A stretch of DNA of 64,000 bases from a virus (taxonomy: Duplodnaviria > Caudoviricetes): the IMG/VR virus record IMGVR_UViG_3300033069_000592, positions 400 to 64,399 of that record; one strand, written 5' to 3'. Under the pieces are notes generated by a model. It saw nothing but the letters and a program-made list of their open reading frames with translations. It was not told the origin of the DNA and made no database searches. The translations under genes and the position numbers were made by a program. Below, piece by piece: positions 17,348 to 25,530 of the stretch; position 1 is the first letter of the stretch; every line of letters begins with the position of its first letter.

Positions 17348-17446
17348 TTAACCATATTTCTTAACCATATTTCTTAACCCTATTTCTTAACCATACTTGT
17401 TAACCATTAATGTTAATGATTAATTCTTTAACCATATTTGTTAACC
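17348..17446. repeat. AT-rich tandem array of 13-bp TTAACCATATTTC-type units
   Basis: Units start at 17348, 17361, 17374, 17387, 17400, 17428 and (partial) 17441; five contain exact TTAACCAT. Confidence 0.95.
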
Positions 17447-17628
17447 AAGAGTTTCTCCAGCCATGGCCCAACCACGGACGGCCCAACCAAAGCCGACCCA
17501 ATTACTGCTACCCATCCATACAGTCTCTACCTATGCGAGGCTGGCCAGCCCACCCTTGCGCTATGCCGTAAGCCCCTGAGGACCTACGGCTTCGTATTAA
17601 GGGTTCATCATCGGGCATGGTCAGTTCC

Positions 17629-17832
17629 TCAGTTGGCACGGGCGTGATCGAAACGCATCATCCAATTGGCCACACGGGCATTGTCGGCCAGGATCGCACG
17701 ATCATGGGCACGGCGAACGGCATTGCGTTGGTCGGCGATTGCACGGACGCACTCGGAGACACGCTTGCGGCGTTCGAGACCCATGCGACGGCAGAGCTCG
17801 CGGCGATCACGTTCGAGGTTGGCTTCAATCAT
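17629..17832 (-). CDS. 67-aa Arg-rich hypothetical protein
   Basis: Promoter and GGAA SD upstream; helical R-rich sequence. Confidence 0.6.
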   Translation of the reverse strand: MIEANLERDRRELCRRMGLERRKRVSECVRAIADQRNAVRRAHDRAILADNARVANWMMRFDHARAN

Positions 17833-17864
17833 CGTTCATTTCCGTTCGTCGTTTCGATGAATAC

Positions 17865-17892
17865 ATAATAACGCAAACGAATTATGGTACAA
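17865..17892 (-). promoter_or_regulatory. sigma70-type promoter
   Basis: TTGTAC-16nt-TATTAT. Confidence 0.55.
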
Positions 17893-17923
17893 CCGTTTCA
17901 ATCCGTCTCGCTTCGCGAGTTTT

Positions 17924-18006
17924 CTGGCTTGGCCACTCCAGGGTTCTTACGATTAGATCTCTGGCTTGGCCATGGTCCATGGGTGGACCAACCCCTGGCT
18001 TGGCCA
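17924..18006. repeat. Three direct copies of CTGGCTTGGCCA
   Basis: Exact 12-mers at 17924, 17961 and 17995 in non-coding DNA. Confidence 0.9.
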
Positions 18007-18157
18007 GACTTTGGCTGGACCAGCTTTCCGCAGAAAATCTTCAGCGCTCTTCTCCGCGAAAGACAGCATGGCTCCGCAACTCTCTGGATGGTCCACCCAT
18101 CTACGCAGTACCAGATAGCGCCTGTAAGCCCACATGAGCCCACAGACGCTTCTAGTG

Positions 18158-18412
18158 TCAGAGACGCTCGACTCCGTGAAGGTCCTCGTGGACGCGATCA
18201 TAGGGAGCCTCGAAATAAATATCCACGTCATCCCCATCGAGATGGTAACGGACCAGATTTACATGGTCCCGGTTGCAGTCGAGCTCGTCGCGCATATCAT
18301 TGAGCAGCTCGCCCCAAGTAAACCTCACGGCCGCGTCAATATCCGTGGTTTCGGCCAGGTCGATTGCATCGGAGACGTCGAAGGCTCCCCGCATAACATA
18401 TTGCGTCATCAT
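18158..18412 (-). CDS. Acidic hypothetical protein
   Basis: SD GGAGG; typical codon usage. Confidence 0.65.
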   Translation of the reverse strand: MMTQYVMRGAFDVSDAIDLAETTDIDAAVRFTWGELLNDMRDELDCNRDHVNLVRYHLDGDDVDIYFEAPYDRVHEDLHGVERL

Positions 18413-18486
18413 GGCTCAATCCTCCGTTTCGTCGTCATCGAGATCGGCTGCATCGAGCCAGGTTACGATATTATCAATGTTAATAA

Positions 18487-18633
18487 TCATGAGAAGAACT
18501 CCTTGATTGCGGTCAGCGCCTCGATCAGCGATCCCGCAAATTCATCGCGGTCAGGGTGGCTTTCGATTATTTCAATGGCGTCGCTCAGGGCAAGAGGCAC
18601 ATCGTAGAGAGCCTTGAGTTCGGAGAGAGTCAT
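18487..18633 (-). CDS. 48-aa hypothetical protein
   Basis: GAGG SD before MTLSELKALY; promoter upstream. Confidence 0.6.
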   Translation of the reverse strand: MTLSELKALYDVPLALSDAIEIIESHPDRDEFAGSLIEALTAIKEFFS

Positions 18634-18653
18634 GGTAAGCCTCGATTCATGTG

Positions 18654-18706
18654 ATCGCGTAATTGCATCACGTAAAAACATTACGACATGAGCCTCTCGG
18701 AGACAA
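18654..18706 (-). promoter_or_regulatory. sigma70-type promoter with +1 hairpin variant
   Basis: TTGTCT-17nt-TAATGT then GATGC AATTAC GCGATC. Confidence 0.55.
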
Positions 18707-18934
18707 CACCCAAATTCTGCTCTAACTCTCTGGACCGGCCAGTCTCTTAGCTATTTACGGTAGATCTAAATCTTTAACGTAATTGAGTGTATCTACTAGT
18801 CTATCCGCATACCCTCCTACGCGGTCTCTAGTCTCATGTAATTACGTCAGACTCTTAGAGCGTGGCTCTGAGCTGGTCCGGCTGGCCCTTTCCTCCCCTT
18901 TTTCCGGATCCTCACCACCCAAAATCAAGGCTCG

Positions 18935-19110
18935 CGCGCGTGAATACAAAAAACATCATCATTATTGGTATTTTTTACCATTTATTCTGTTGGTATTGAC
19001 ATTAGCGCTATATCCGCATACAATTGCGCTCATCACCCCACCCGGTCTCAATACCGACAGCATATTCGGTATTTTTTACCCATTATGACATTGTTTTGAA
19101 TACACGCGCG
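18935..19110 (+). promoter_or_regulatory. Strong promoter bracketed by two operator-like repeats and an outer inverted repeat
   Basis: TTGACA(18996)-17nt-TACAAT; GGTATTTTTTACC at 18967 and 19068; 17-bp imperfect inverted repeat at 18935-18951 / 19094-19110. Confidence 0.75.
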
Positions 19111-19127
19111 AACCAAAGGATACCCAC

Positions 19128-19748
19128 ATGACCAAACGGACCAAGAAAAGGATCAACACTCTCTTCGGCTACGAGGAGCTTGACATGAAGACATTCAAGC
19201 AGCTCTTCCGCGCGGTGATGCGCTACGGGCTCAATGATAATGCAACCCTCGCAGGCAGGCTCTTAGGCGTCAGCCCTCGTAAGATCCGCGCATGGATTAA
19301 CGCAATCGACGACGACCTCCCTCTCACCGTCAAAGGCATCTGGTGGAATGACATTCTCCAGAAGCTCGCGGCTGACATGGCTAACACTCTCAGCCAACAC
19401 AGCCGTAAGGCATACCGAGAGCGAGCATACCGCCTGCGCTCAGAGCTCCACGGACTAAAGCTGGCGAAAACCAAGTATACCCCCGAGGGCAAGCCTCAAG
19501 AGCTGCCTGATCCCACGGCTGACGCAGAAGCTCCACGCCTCCTTCTTGCAACTCTCAACGAAGCCCCCGGTCAGACGATGACCCTCACTCAGCTCATGCG
19601 GTCCACAGCCCTCAGCAAGGTAACTATCCAGCGAGCTGCAGATCGTCTATGCCTAACACGAGACGTCAGGGGCTTCGGCGAGGATAAGCAGGCCTACTAC
19701 AGCATCCCCCTGCCATCAGACGACTACACAGACGACGAGGACGATTAG
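19128..19748 (+). CDS. Putative DNA-binding protein with N-terminal HTH and C-terminal winged-helix
   Basis: NATLAGRLLGVSPRKIRAW; MTLTQLMRSTALSKVTIQRAADRL; SD AAGGA. Confidence 0.65.
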   Translation: MTKRTKKRINTLFGYEELDMKTFKQLFRAVMRYGLNDNATLAGRLLGVSPRKIRAWINAIDDDLPLTVKGIWWNDILQKLAADMANTLSQHSRKAYRERAYRLRSELHGLKLAKTKYTPEGKPQELPDPTADAEAPRLLLATLNEAPGQTMTLTQLMRSTALSKVTIQRAADRLCLTRDVRGFGEDKQAYYSIPLPSDDYTDDEDD

Positions 19749-19965
19749 GCGGTCGATTTTAACGCGCCCAGCAATGCGTTCAATCGTCGCGCGCATCATT
19801 GATCGCACAAAACCTAATCGACGTTCCTGGCGCGCTCCAGGACGACGATGGACGATACCGCAAATATCGCGTCATATGACGATTGTAACGCGCGCAAACG
19901 ATACGCGCCAAAAGACCGGCAGAGCACTATACCCGCCGGTCTATGACCTGTTCAGTCTTTGGGGC

Positions 19966-20214
19966 TTAAGGCCAGTGGCCCAGCTTTTTCAGGATCTCGA
20001 TAGCTTCAATGCCTCCGTGCTGCGCACAGTAAGGCTTGCCGTCGATCAGGTACTTCGCAGACTTCTGGCAGCAGTCCACGTTCTTGCCTGTCTTCGCGGC
20101 TCTCTTCTTGCGGTACTCTGTGTAGAACTGAGACGACGGGCTGAGCATCTGCTCAACGGTCTTGCTGCACTGGATCAACGTCTGACCCGGTCGAAGATCA
20201 ACTACTCGGCTCAT
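19966..20214 (-). CDS. Cys/His-containing hypothetical protein
   Basis: SD GGAGG before MSRVVDL; CSK...CCQK...YCAQHG. Confidence 0.6.
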   Translation of the reverse strand: MSRVVDLRPGQTLIQCSKTVEQMLSPSSQFYTEYRKKRAAKTGKNVDCCQKSAKYLIDGKPYCAQHGGIEAIEILKKLGHWP

Positions 20215-20455
20215 TGCATACCTCCAGAAGCTCATCGCACAGGTGAGACAAGCAATCGTTCCAGGACTTGTGGAACCACACGGTCTCCCGGTCGAGGTGA
20301 TCGAAGCTCATGGTTACATAAGCTTCATGAAAGGCTTGAGCATCATCGCCCTGGATAAAAGCTCGACGGTTGCCTGAGGTAATCTCATAAGCAATGCCGT
20401 TGCCGTGCGAACGGATCCTGTAGCGGTCCGTGACTTCGAGGTCGACTACTCTCAT
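20198..20455 (-). CDS. Hypothetical protein
   Basis: Overlapping early operon. Confidence 0.65.
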   Translation of the reverse strand: MRVVDLEVTDRYRIRSHGNGIAYEITSGNRRAFIQGDDAQAFHEAYVTMSFDHLDRETVWFHKSWNDCLSHLCDELLEVCNEPSS

Positions 20456-20883
20456 GACGCTTCAGCCATCTTGTCGCAGATCTCTCCCATGCGCTTACGG
20501 ATGGTGTTGACCCGTGAGAGCTGACAAGCGTCCAGCGGGTCGAAGTCGAAGTGATCGACCTGGCCGGTGAGCCGGTTGATTTCTTCGCGGATGAGGCCGA
20601 GTTCATATTGAATACGGTTCTCATTGGCCTGGATCTGTGCGCAGTCACCCAGCACGGTGCTGATCTCGCTGTAGGCCGTAGCCATTGCGCGGTTGAAGAA
20701 CGGCTCATCATGCTCGCCCTCGCCGCGCAGGACCTCGAAGGTGTTATCCCCGCGGTACGGATCGGTCAGCGTAAGAACATAACGGTCGCGGTCGCCGTTG
20801 TAGGCCACGGTGATGCTGACGTCCATCGACTCTTCCCACAGGCGGGCGGTGCAGTCGGTGCTGCTTTCATGGTTAATCTTCAT
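20452..20883 (-). CDS. Hypothetical protein
   Basis: ATGA overlaps. Confidence 0.7.
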   Translation of the reverse strand: MKINHESSTDCTARLWEESMDVSITVAYNGDRDRYVLTLTDPYRGDNTFEVLRGEGEHDEPFFNRAMATAYSEISTVLGDCAQIQANENRIQYELGLIREEINRLTGQVDHFDFDPLDACQLSRVNTIRKRMGEICDKMAEAS

Positions 20884-21200
20884 GGCAGTTCATCCTCATT
20901 AGTTTCGGCTTCGATTGCGGCGATCAGCTCCGCGGTCGTAGCGTAGCTGTCGCACTTGTCCAGCGGCCAGGAGCCGGGAACATCATAGAACCGTTCGGTC
21001 AAGCTGTCGTAGATGACCGCACAGTCGAGCAGGGCATCCCACGTGTAATAGACGCAGTGGTGCTGCTTCGTGCCGCCGGCCATGTGAATGATCGCGGCAT
21101 GGTAATGAAGGCGGCTGACGTAGCGACTGTTGCGAGCCCACAGGATGAAGGGCAGGAAGAACAGAGGCGCAGGGCCGCCGGCGTTACGTTCGTTGGTCAT
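20880..21200 (-). CDS. Hypothetical protein, paralogue of 21668-21964
   Basis: YTWDALLDCAVIYD...FYDV motif. Confidence 0.7.
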   Translation of the reverse strand: MTNERNAGGPAPLFFLPFILWARNSRYVSRLHYHAAIIHMAGGTKQHHCVYYTWDALLDCAVIYDSLTERFYDVPGSWPLDKCDSYATTAELIAAIEAETNEDELP

Positions 21201-21340
21201 ACAGGCTCCACGATGATGAAACGGGTTTTGGGATCGATGGCGACGGGTCGGTAGAAGTCCGTCGGTGTGGCGATGAGGATCTCGTCGATGTCTTCGAGTT
21301 CAGAGGCTTCGAGCAGCTCGATGAGTTCACGCTTGGTCAT
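21197..21340 (-). CDS. 47-aa hypothetical protein (not in ORF track)
   Basis: MTKRELIELLEASELEDIDEILIATPTDFYRPVAIDPKTRFIIVEPV; ATGA overlaps on both sides. Confidence 0.65.
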   Translation of the reverse strand: MTKRELIELLEASELEDIDEILIATPTDFYRPVAIDPKTRFIIVEPV

Positions 21341-21681
21341 TGGCCATATTCCTCATGACCGGGGATCGTGAAGGTGTCGCAGTGCTTATCAAGCTTCACC
21401 CGTTCCCAGTCCTCCTCCGTGATAGGCTCCATGCCGTCATTCAGCATATTGTAGCCGTAGTGGGCCATCGATGAGCCGTCGCGGTAGTCGCGGCCACCGC
21501 GGTCGGGCGACTGGGACAGGTCGAGCATCTCGATGAGGCCGGAGCTGTTTTTCCACCCGACCAAGCAGTAATGGTAATTTTCCTTGATGCGGTCAATGGC
21601 GTTGATGACGCGGGTATCGAGGCCGTAAGCTTCAAGATAAGCAAACAGCTTCGGGTGAGTTTCTTGATTACACCTGGTCAT
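21337..21681 (-). CDS. Hypothetical protein (start at 21681)
   Basis: GGGAGGG SD before MTRCNQET. Confidence 0.65.
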   Translation of the reverse strand: MTRCNQETHPKLFAYLEAYGLDTRVINAIDRIKENYHYCLVGWKNSSGLIEMLDLSQSPDRGGRDYRDGSSMAHYGYNMLNDGMEPITEEDWERVKLDKHCDTFTIPGHEEYGQ

Positions 21682-21964
21682 GAACCCTCCCCATTTCTTC
21701 GACGAGTGCCTCGAGCGACTCGTAGCTGTTGAACGTATACCAGGGCTCATTACATACCCCGTTGAAGTTCCCCTCGCCGATATTGATGTCTTGAACATCG
21801 AAGTACCGATGGCCGTCAAAGACCACAGCGCAGTCGAGGTAGCCATCGAAGAGATAGCCGAGGGTGGGATGACCGCGCGGCCCGTCGACCAGTCGGACGT
21901 TATTAATCATGCGGTCGAGGCAGCGGTGCTGAGAGGTCAGCTCGATGAAGCGATCAGGCGTCAT
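21668..21964 (-). CDS. Hypothetical protein, paralogue of 20880-21200
   Basis: YLFDGYLDCAVVFD...YFDV motif. Confidence 0.7.
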   Translation of the reverse strand: MTPDRFIELTSQHRCLDRMINNVRLVDGPRGHPTLGYLFDGYLDCAVVFDGHRYFDVQDINIGEGNFNGVCNEPWYTFNSYESLEALVEEMGRVHDQV

Positions 21965-22223
21965 AGCTCAGCGGCTCCTGTGCGATGTCGGCTTTGGCGA
22001 TGATCGAGTGCCTGACGGACGAGCGCTTCTTGTTGTAGGCTTCGATGCCCTTGGCTTCGGTGTTGCAGTACCGACCCCAGAAATACTCGGTCGGCTTGGT
22101 CGAACGGGGAGCGCGGACGAAGTGATGAGCGACAAACTCGCCGTTGTCATATTGGCGGAGGATGACTCCTCCCGGCCGTGTCGCAGCGTCACCGCGCGTG
22201 TAGGTGATTTTGAGAATGGTCAT
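21954..22223 (-). CDS. Hypothetical protein
   Basis: Overlapping early operon. Confidence 0.7.
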   Translation of the reverse strand: MTILKITYTRGDAATRPGGVILRQYDNGEFVAHHFVRAPRSTKPTEYFWGRYCNTEAKGIEAYNKKRSSVRHSIIAKADIAQEPLSYDA

Positions 22224-22486
22224 TCGGTCTCTCCCGGGAAAGGAAGGGTGAGGACGCGGCCGGTATCGAAGCTTTCAAACACGAACCATTCAGCATCGCT
22301 GTCGCCCATGTTGTCCTCGGTCTGCCAGAACTCAAGGTCGTCATTACCGAGTTGAAAGCTCAGAGTCAGGCAGTCGGCGTCATTCGATCCCACCCAAAAG
22401 TCGGCCAGGTCGGGAAAATACCGACGCATTTCAGCTTCAAGGTGAGCTTCGAGAACATCGTCCAATTCAAGGTCGGCTTTTTTCAT
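22220..22486 (-). CDS. Acidic hypothetical protein
   Basis: SD GGAGG before MKKADLE. Confidence 0.7.
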   Translation of the reverse strand: MKKADLELDDVLEAHLEAEMRRYFPDLADFWVGSNDADCLTLSFQLGNDDLEFWQTEDNMGDSDAEWFVFESFDTGRVLTLPFPGETE

Positions 22487-22496
22487 GATTTCCTCC

Positions 22497-22547
22497 ATCG
22501 CGTCATTGCGATGTTATGACAATACGATGATGGTTGCCGCGAGTCAA
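22497..22547 (-). promoter_or_regulatory. sigma70-type promoter with +1 hairpin
   Basis: TTGACT-17nt-TATTGT-6nt-ATCGC AATGAC GCGAT-GGAGG. Confidence 0.8.
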
Positions 22548-22568
22548 CGACCCGCGACTTCCATATTC

Positions 22569-23135
22569 TCAAAGATCAATCGGCTGGTTGTCGGCCAGGC
22601 AATCGAGAAGAGCATTGCTCAGGGTAACCTGACCCGACTTGGCCAGTGCCTCAACGAGCTCGCGGACCTGCTTGCGAGTGCCTCGCAGCTGAACGACCAT
22701 CTGTTCGGCCTCCCGCAGGCTGTCAAGGTGCTTCGCGCCGTGCTCGGTCAGCACGAAACGCTTGGCCTTGGTGCGAGCCACGAGCTCATCAGCCAGCAGG
22801 TCGATCAAGAATACGGTCGAAGCCTTGCTGGCCAGTGTGGGATCCCAGCCGTTCGGGTTGGCGTTGGCGATCTCACGGAGGAGATCATCGGCCGATGAGA
22901 TACGGTGCTGGCGTTCCTTGAAGGGATAGTCGAGCTCGAAGACTCGAAAGATCTCCTTGACCGTTGCCGCGCCCGTATTGGGCAGACGGGAGAAATGGTC
23001 ATAGACGACATCGGGATTGGCCTTGAAAGCCTTCTTGAGTTCCTCGACGCCAGTGTAGCTCGAATTGACCATCGCCGTAACGGCGCGGGTGGAAAGGTTG
23101 TAGCCCTTCAGGTCGGATCGTGCGATGCCCGTCAT
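22569..23135 (-). CDS. Protein with N-terminal RNA polymerase alpha-CTD-like (HhH) domain
   Basis: NLSTRAVTAMVNSSYTGVEEL...RLPNTGAATVKEI parallels the alpha-CTD LSVRSANCL...KTPNLGKKSLTEI pattern. Confidence 0.6.
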   Translation of the reverse strand: MTGIARSDLKGYNLSTRAVTAMVNSSYTGVEELKKAFKANPDVVYDHFSRLPNTGAATVKEIFRVFELDYPFKERQHRISSADDLLREIANANPNGWDPTLASKASTVFLIDLLADELVARTKAKRFVLTEHGAKHLDSLREAEQMVVQLRGTRKQVRELVEALAKSGQVTLSNALLDCLADNQPIDL

Positions 23136-23530
23136 GCCTTGTCTCCCCAGGAACGAACCCAGACGATTGCAACGCCCGGTTCAAGCTCAGAGACAGCAAG
23201 ACCGTCATCGCCATCGCCGATCAGCCACTTGTAACCTCCGCAGACGAAGTCGCACTGACCCTCGGGCTCATGGGTGCAGTAATGGTCGAGGATGCGAGCC
23301 ATATAGCCGTAACGGCCGTATTCGCCGCCGCGCCCGATCATCGAGATGCTGTTGGCGTTGTCATGCACCCAACGATAGCCCTCGTAGGTCAGGGCTACGA
23401 CGAGGTTGATGCCCATGACATGGGGGGTGATGTCAAAGGCGGTGTAATCGAAGACGACGCGGCCGGCCAGTTCGGGATGGCGTTCGAGGATCGCGGCGGC
23501 TGCGGCGTCACGGAGTTCAGCGTTTCGCAT
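23132..23530 (-). CDS. Hypothetical protein
   Basis: GGAG SD; promoter upstream. Confidence 0.7.
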   Translation of the reverse strand: MRNAELRDAAAAAILERHPELAGRVVFDYTAFDITPHVMGINLVVALTYEGYRWVHDNANSISMIGRGGEYGRYGYMARILDHYCTHEPEGQCDFVCGGYKWLIGDGDDGLAVSELEPGVAIVWVRSWGDKA

Positions 23531-23542
23531 TGTTCATTCTCC

Positions 23543-23593
23543 ATCGCGTTATTGCGATGACATATAAATACGCGCTGGCATTTCCGCAATCAA
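23543..23593 (-). promoter_or_regulatory. sigma70-type promoter with +1 hairpin
   Basis: TTGATT-17nt-TATTTA-6nt-ATCGC AATAAC GCGAT-GGAG. Confidence 0.75.
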
Positions 23594-23606
23594 CCGAAAC
23601 GGTCTA

Positions 23607-23768
23607 TCAAAAACCGATAGAGTTTTCGAGGGGCTTGCGCTCATGCTCAATCACCATGGATCGGTCGAGAACCTTAACGCTGATGACCTCCCGGTGTGCG
23701 AGCTCACGCTCGAGGAAAGCTTGAGCCTGCTTGGTGGGAAGGTGGAGTGGAACAAAGAGCTGCGTCAT
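23607..23768 (-). CDS. 53-aa hypothetical protein (not in ORF track)
   Basis: MTQLFVPLHLPTKQAQAFLERELAHREVISVKVLDRSMVIEHERKPLENSIGF directly after the 23772 stop. Confidence 0.55.
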   Translation of the reverse strand: MTQLFVPLHLPTKQAQAFLERELAHREVISVKVLDRSMVIEHERKPLENSIGF

Positions 23769-23771
23769 GGT

Positions 23772-24092
23772 TCAGGCCTTCATGTGGCTGATGTCTGCGG
23801 CGATGATCGTCCGCAGCCATTCGTTGTGGGAGTATTGTGCGGCGAAGGCTTCGAGGCCGGCTTCCTGGATCTGTCGTTCCCAGCTCTGTGCTTCTTCGCC
23901 GAACATGGTCTCATGCTCATCGGACTCGATGATGCCGCTGGCCAGGTTACAGACCTCGGAGTAAGCGTCGGTCGACCAGCCCCAGCGGGTGCTGATAACC
24001 TGCTCCACAGATACGTTAAGGCCGAGCTGGCCATAGTTGCTGATCGCCATTGCCGCGGCTGCGCGGGCTACCTTGCGTGGATCGTCGGTCAT
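23772..24092 (-). CDS. Hypothetical protein
   Basis: ATGA overlap. Confidence 0.7.
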   Translation of the reverse strand: MTDDPRKVARAAAAMAISNYGQLGLNVSVEQVISTRWGWSTDAYSEVCNLASGIIESDEHETMFGEEAQSWERQIQEAGLEAFAAQYSHNEWLRTIIAADISHMKA

Positions 24093-24304
24093 AGGGAAAC
24101 TACCTCATAGGTATATTGGCCATACATTCGGCACATGCCGGTCTTGAAACGGCTGGCGTCATTTCGGCTGCGGAACAAAGCCTCCACAGAGCCGGGGAGG
24201 CGGACGGAAACATCGCGGGCGACGATCACGGCGTAGCTGAAGCCCATTTTCTTCAGCGCCTTGATCTGGTCGGGTGTCATACGGATTGCGGGAAGGTTGT
24301 TCAT
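24089..24304 (-). CDS. Hypothetical protein
   Basis: ATGA overlaps. Confidence 0.65.
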   Translation of the reverse strand: MNNLPAIRMTPDQIKALKKMGFSYAVIVARDVSVRLPGSVEALFRSRNDASRFKTGMCRMYGQYTYEVVSL

Positions 24305-24489
24305 GCGGCTACGAGCTCCTCGAGGTCACGGGACTCCTCAGCGCAGCCCATCAAGAAGAACACTTCCTCCTGGCGGGTGTCACAGAACTTGAGAGCCTCG
24401 TCAAGGTTTTGGGGAAGGCCGCCGGCAATGACGTATTCCTTGCCGCACTCAAAGGCGCTGCGACAGCCATCGTTCGGAAAGATCCTCAT
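24301..24489 (-). CDS. Cys-containing hypothetical protein
   Basis: Fills the operon gap; ATGA overlap downstream. Confidence 0.55.
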   Translation of the reverse strand: MRIFPNDGCRSAFECGKEYVIAGGLPQNLDEALKFCDTRQEEVFFLMGCAEESRDLEELVAA

Positions 24490-24492
24490 CGT

Positions 24493-24702
24493 TCAGCCCT
24501 CCACCTTGTGGAACTTGCCGTCATCCTTCAGCTGATAGCGCTGACCGAAGCCGGTTCCATAGCGCACACCTTCGGACTTGGCGCAGTCGAGGCAGACGTT
24601 GCCCCAGCGAGCGAAGCGCGGGATTTTCGCATCGGCGAAGTCGGTGTCGAGATTGGCATGGCAGAGGTCACACTCGGCCGGCGGATTGAGGTAGGTCGTC
24701 AT
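24493..24702 (-). CDS. Small Zn-finger protein
   Basis: CDLC ... WGNVCLDC ... GTGFGQRY; GGAG SD. Confidence 0.75.
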   Translation of the reverse strand: MTTYLNPPAECDLCHANLDTDFADAKIPRFARWGNVCLDCAKSEGVRYGTGFGQRYQLKDDGKFHKVEG

Positions 24703-24712
24703 CGTTGTCTCC

Positions 24713-24763
24713 ATCGCGTTGTTGCGATACGGGCATTATATGATGATGGGTGCTATGACGCAA
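24713..24763 (-). promoter_or_regulatory. sigma70-type promoter with +1 hairpin
   Basis: TTGCGT-17nt-TATAAT-6nt-ATCGC AACAAC GCGAT-GGAG. Confidence 0.85.
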
Positions 24764-24784
24764 CACCCATCATCTTGATTGTTC

Positions 24785-25309
24785 TTAGAGCCAGCGGTCC
24801 ATGTATTCCCGGCCGCGTTCAGTAACACCGCGCTCATCCAGAAGAGCGAAGCGCAAGGCGTACTTGACGTGGTCTTCAATATCGACGCCGGCTGCACCCA
24901 TGTTAGCCTTGAGCTCTTCAAGCTCAACTGCGTTACCCCAGTGAAGCAACACTCGGCAGGTGTCTTCGGGGTCAGTGTCAGCGTAGCCGATAAGCTCGAG
25001 GAGGTCTTCGCCGTCCAGCATATCGTGGGCGTGTTCTTTGGCGGAGTCGCGGACTTCCTCGATCATCATTTCGACCATACGGTTCTGCTCATCCACGGTG
25101 AACAGCTCAGACCGCCACAGAGGTGTGGGCCGGTCACCTGGGGCCCGTTCAAGGTTTTCTTGAACGAAATCAACCAGACGGCTAAGCACCTCTGTGGGAT
25201 AAGGACCACCGAACTCATCCTCAAGGAACTGCGTAACAAGGTCCAGCATTTCTTTGTCGCTGGTATCGGTTGCTTCCTGGTGAAGCTTAAGTGTTTCTGC
25301 AATGGTCAT
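24785..25309 (-). CDS. Acidic hypothetical protein
   Basis: 174 aa; ATGA overlap. Confidence 0.7.
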   Translation of the reverse strand: MTIAETLKLHQEATDTSDKEMLDLVTQFLEDEFGGPYPTEVLSRLVDFVQENLERAPGDRPTPLWRSELFTVDEQNRMVEMMIEEVRDSAKEHAHDMLDGEDLLELIGYADTDPEDTCRVLLHWGNAVELEELKANMGAAGVDIEDHVKYALRFALLDERGVTERGREYMDRWL

Positions 25310-25530
25310 GCTTCGGTCTCCTGAAGCTTGGCGTCGATGGCTTCGATCATGCCGTCATAGTCGCGAGCTTTGAACTTGCGGCCGGTGAACTGTTCGGCAA
25401 CGCGACGGCAATTGGCCGGGGTGTAGGCGCGGTTCAGTCGCATACCAAGCTTGATGGCCTTGAGTCCTTGCTTGGCAGCAACAGCGGCGATGCGGCCGGG
25501 ATCGGGATTGATGATCGTGAAACCGGTCAT
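25306..25530 (-). CDS. Hypothetical protein (74 aa)
   Basis: GGAG SD before MTGFTIINP. Confidence 0.7.
   Translation of the reverse strand: MTGFTIINPDPGRIAAVAAKQGLKAIKLGMRLNRAYTPANCRRVAEQFTGRKFKARDYDGMIEAIDAKLQETEA

Noticed and set aside
17327-17446. Canonical CtrA full sites (TTAA-N7-TTAA) in the array
   Set aside because: Checked the TTAA pairs by hand; spacings are N9, N4, N3 or N2, none N7. Only half-site similarity is claimed.
17348-17446. Possible CRISPR array
   Set aside because: Repeats are 13 bp and contiguous with no unique spacers; no cas genes. The Cas4-like protein at 37565 is a typical phage replication exonuclease.
18783-19088. 101-aa plus-strand ORF with a hydrophobic stretch
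   Set aside because: TTG start without SD; runs through the promoter/operator repeats; hydrophobicity reflects T-rich regulatory DNA.
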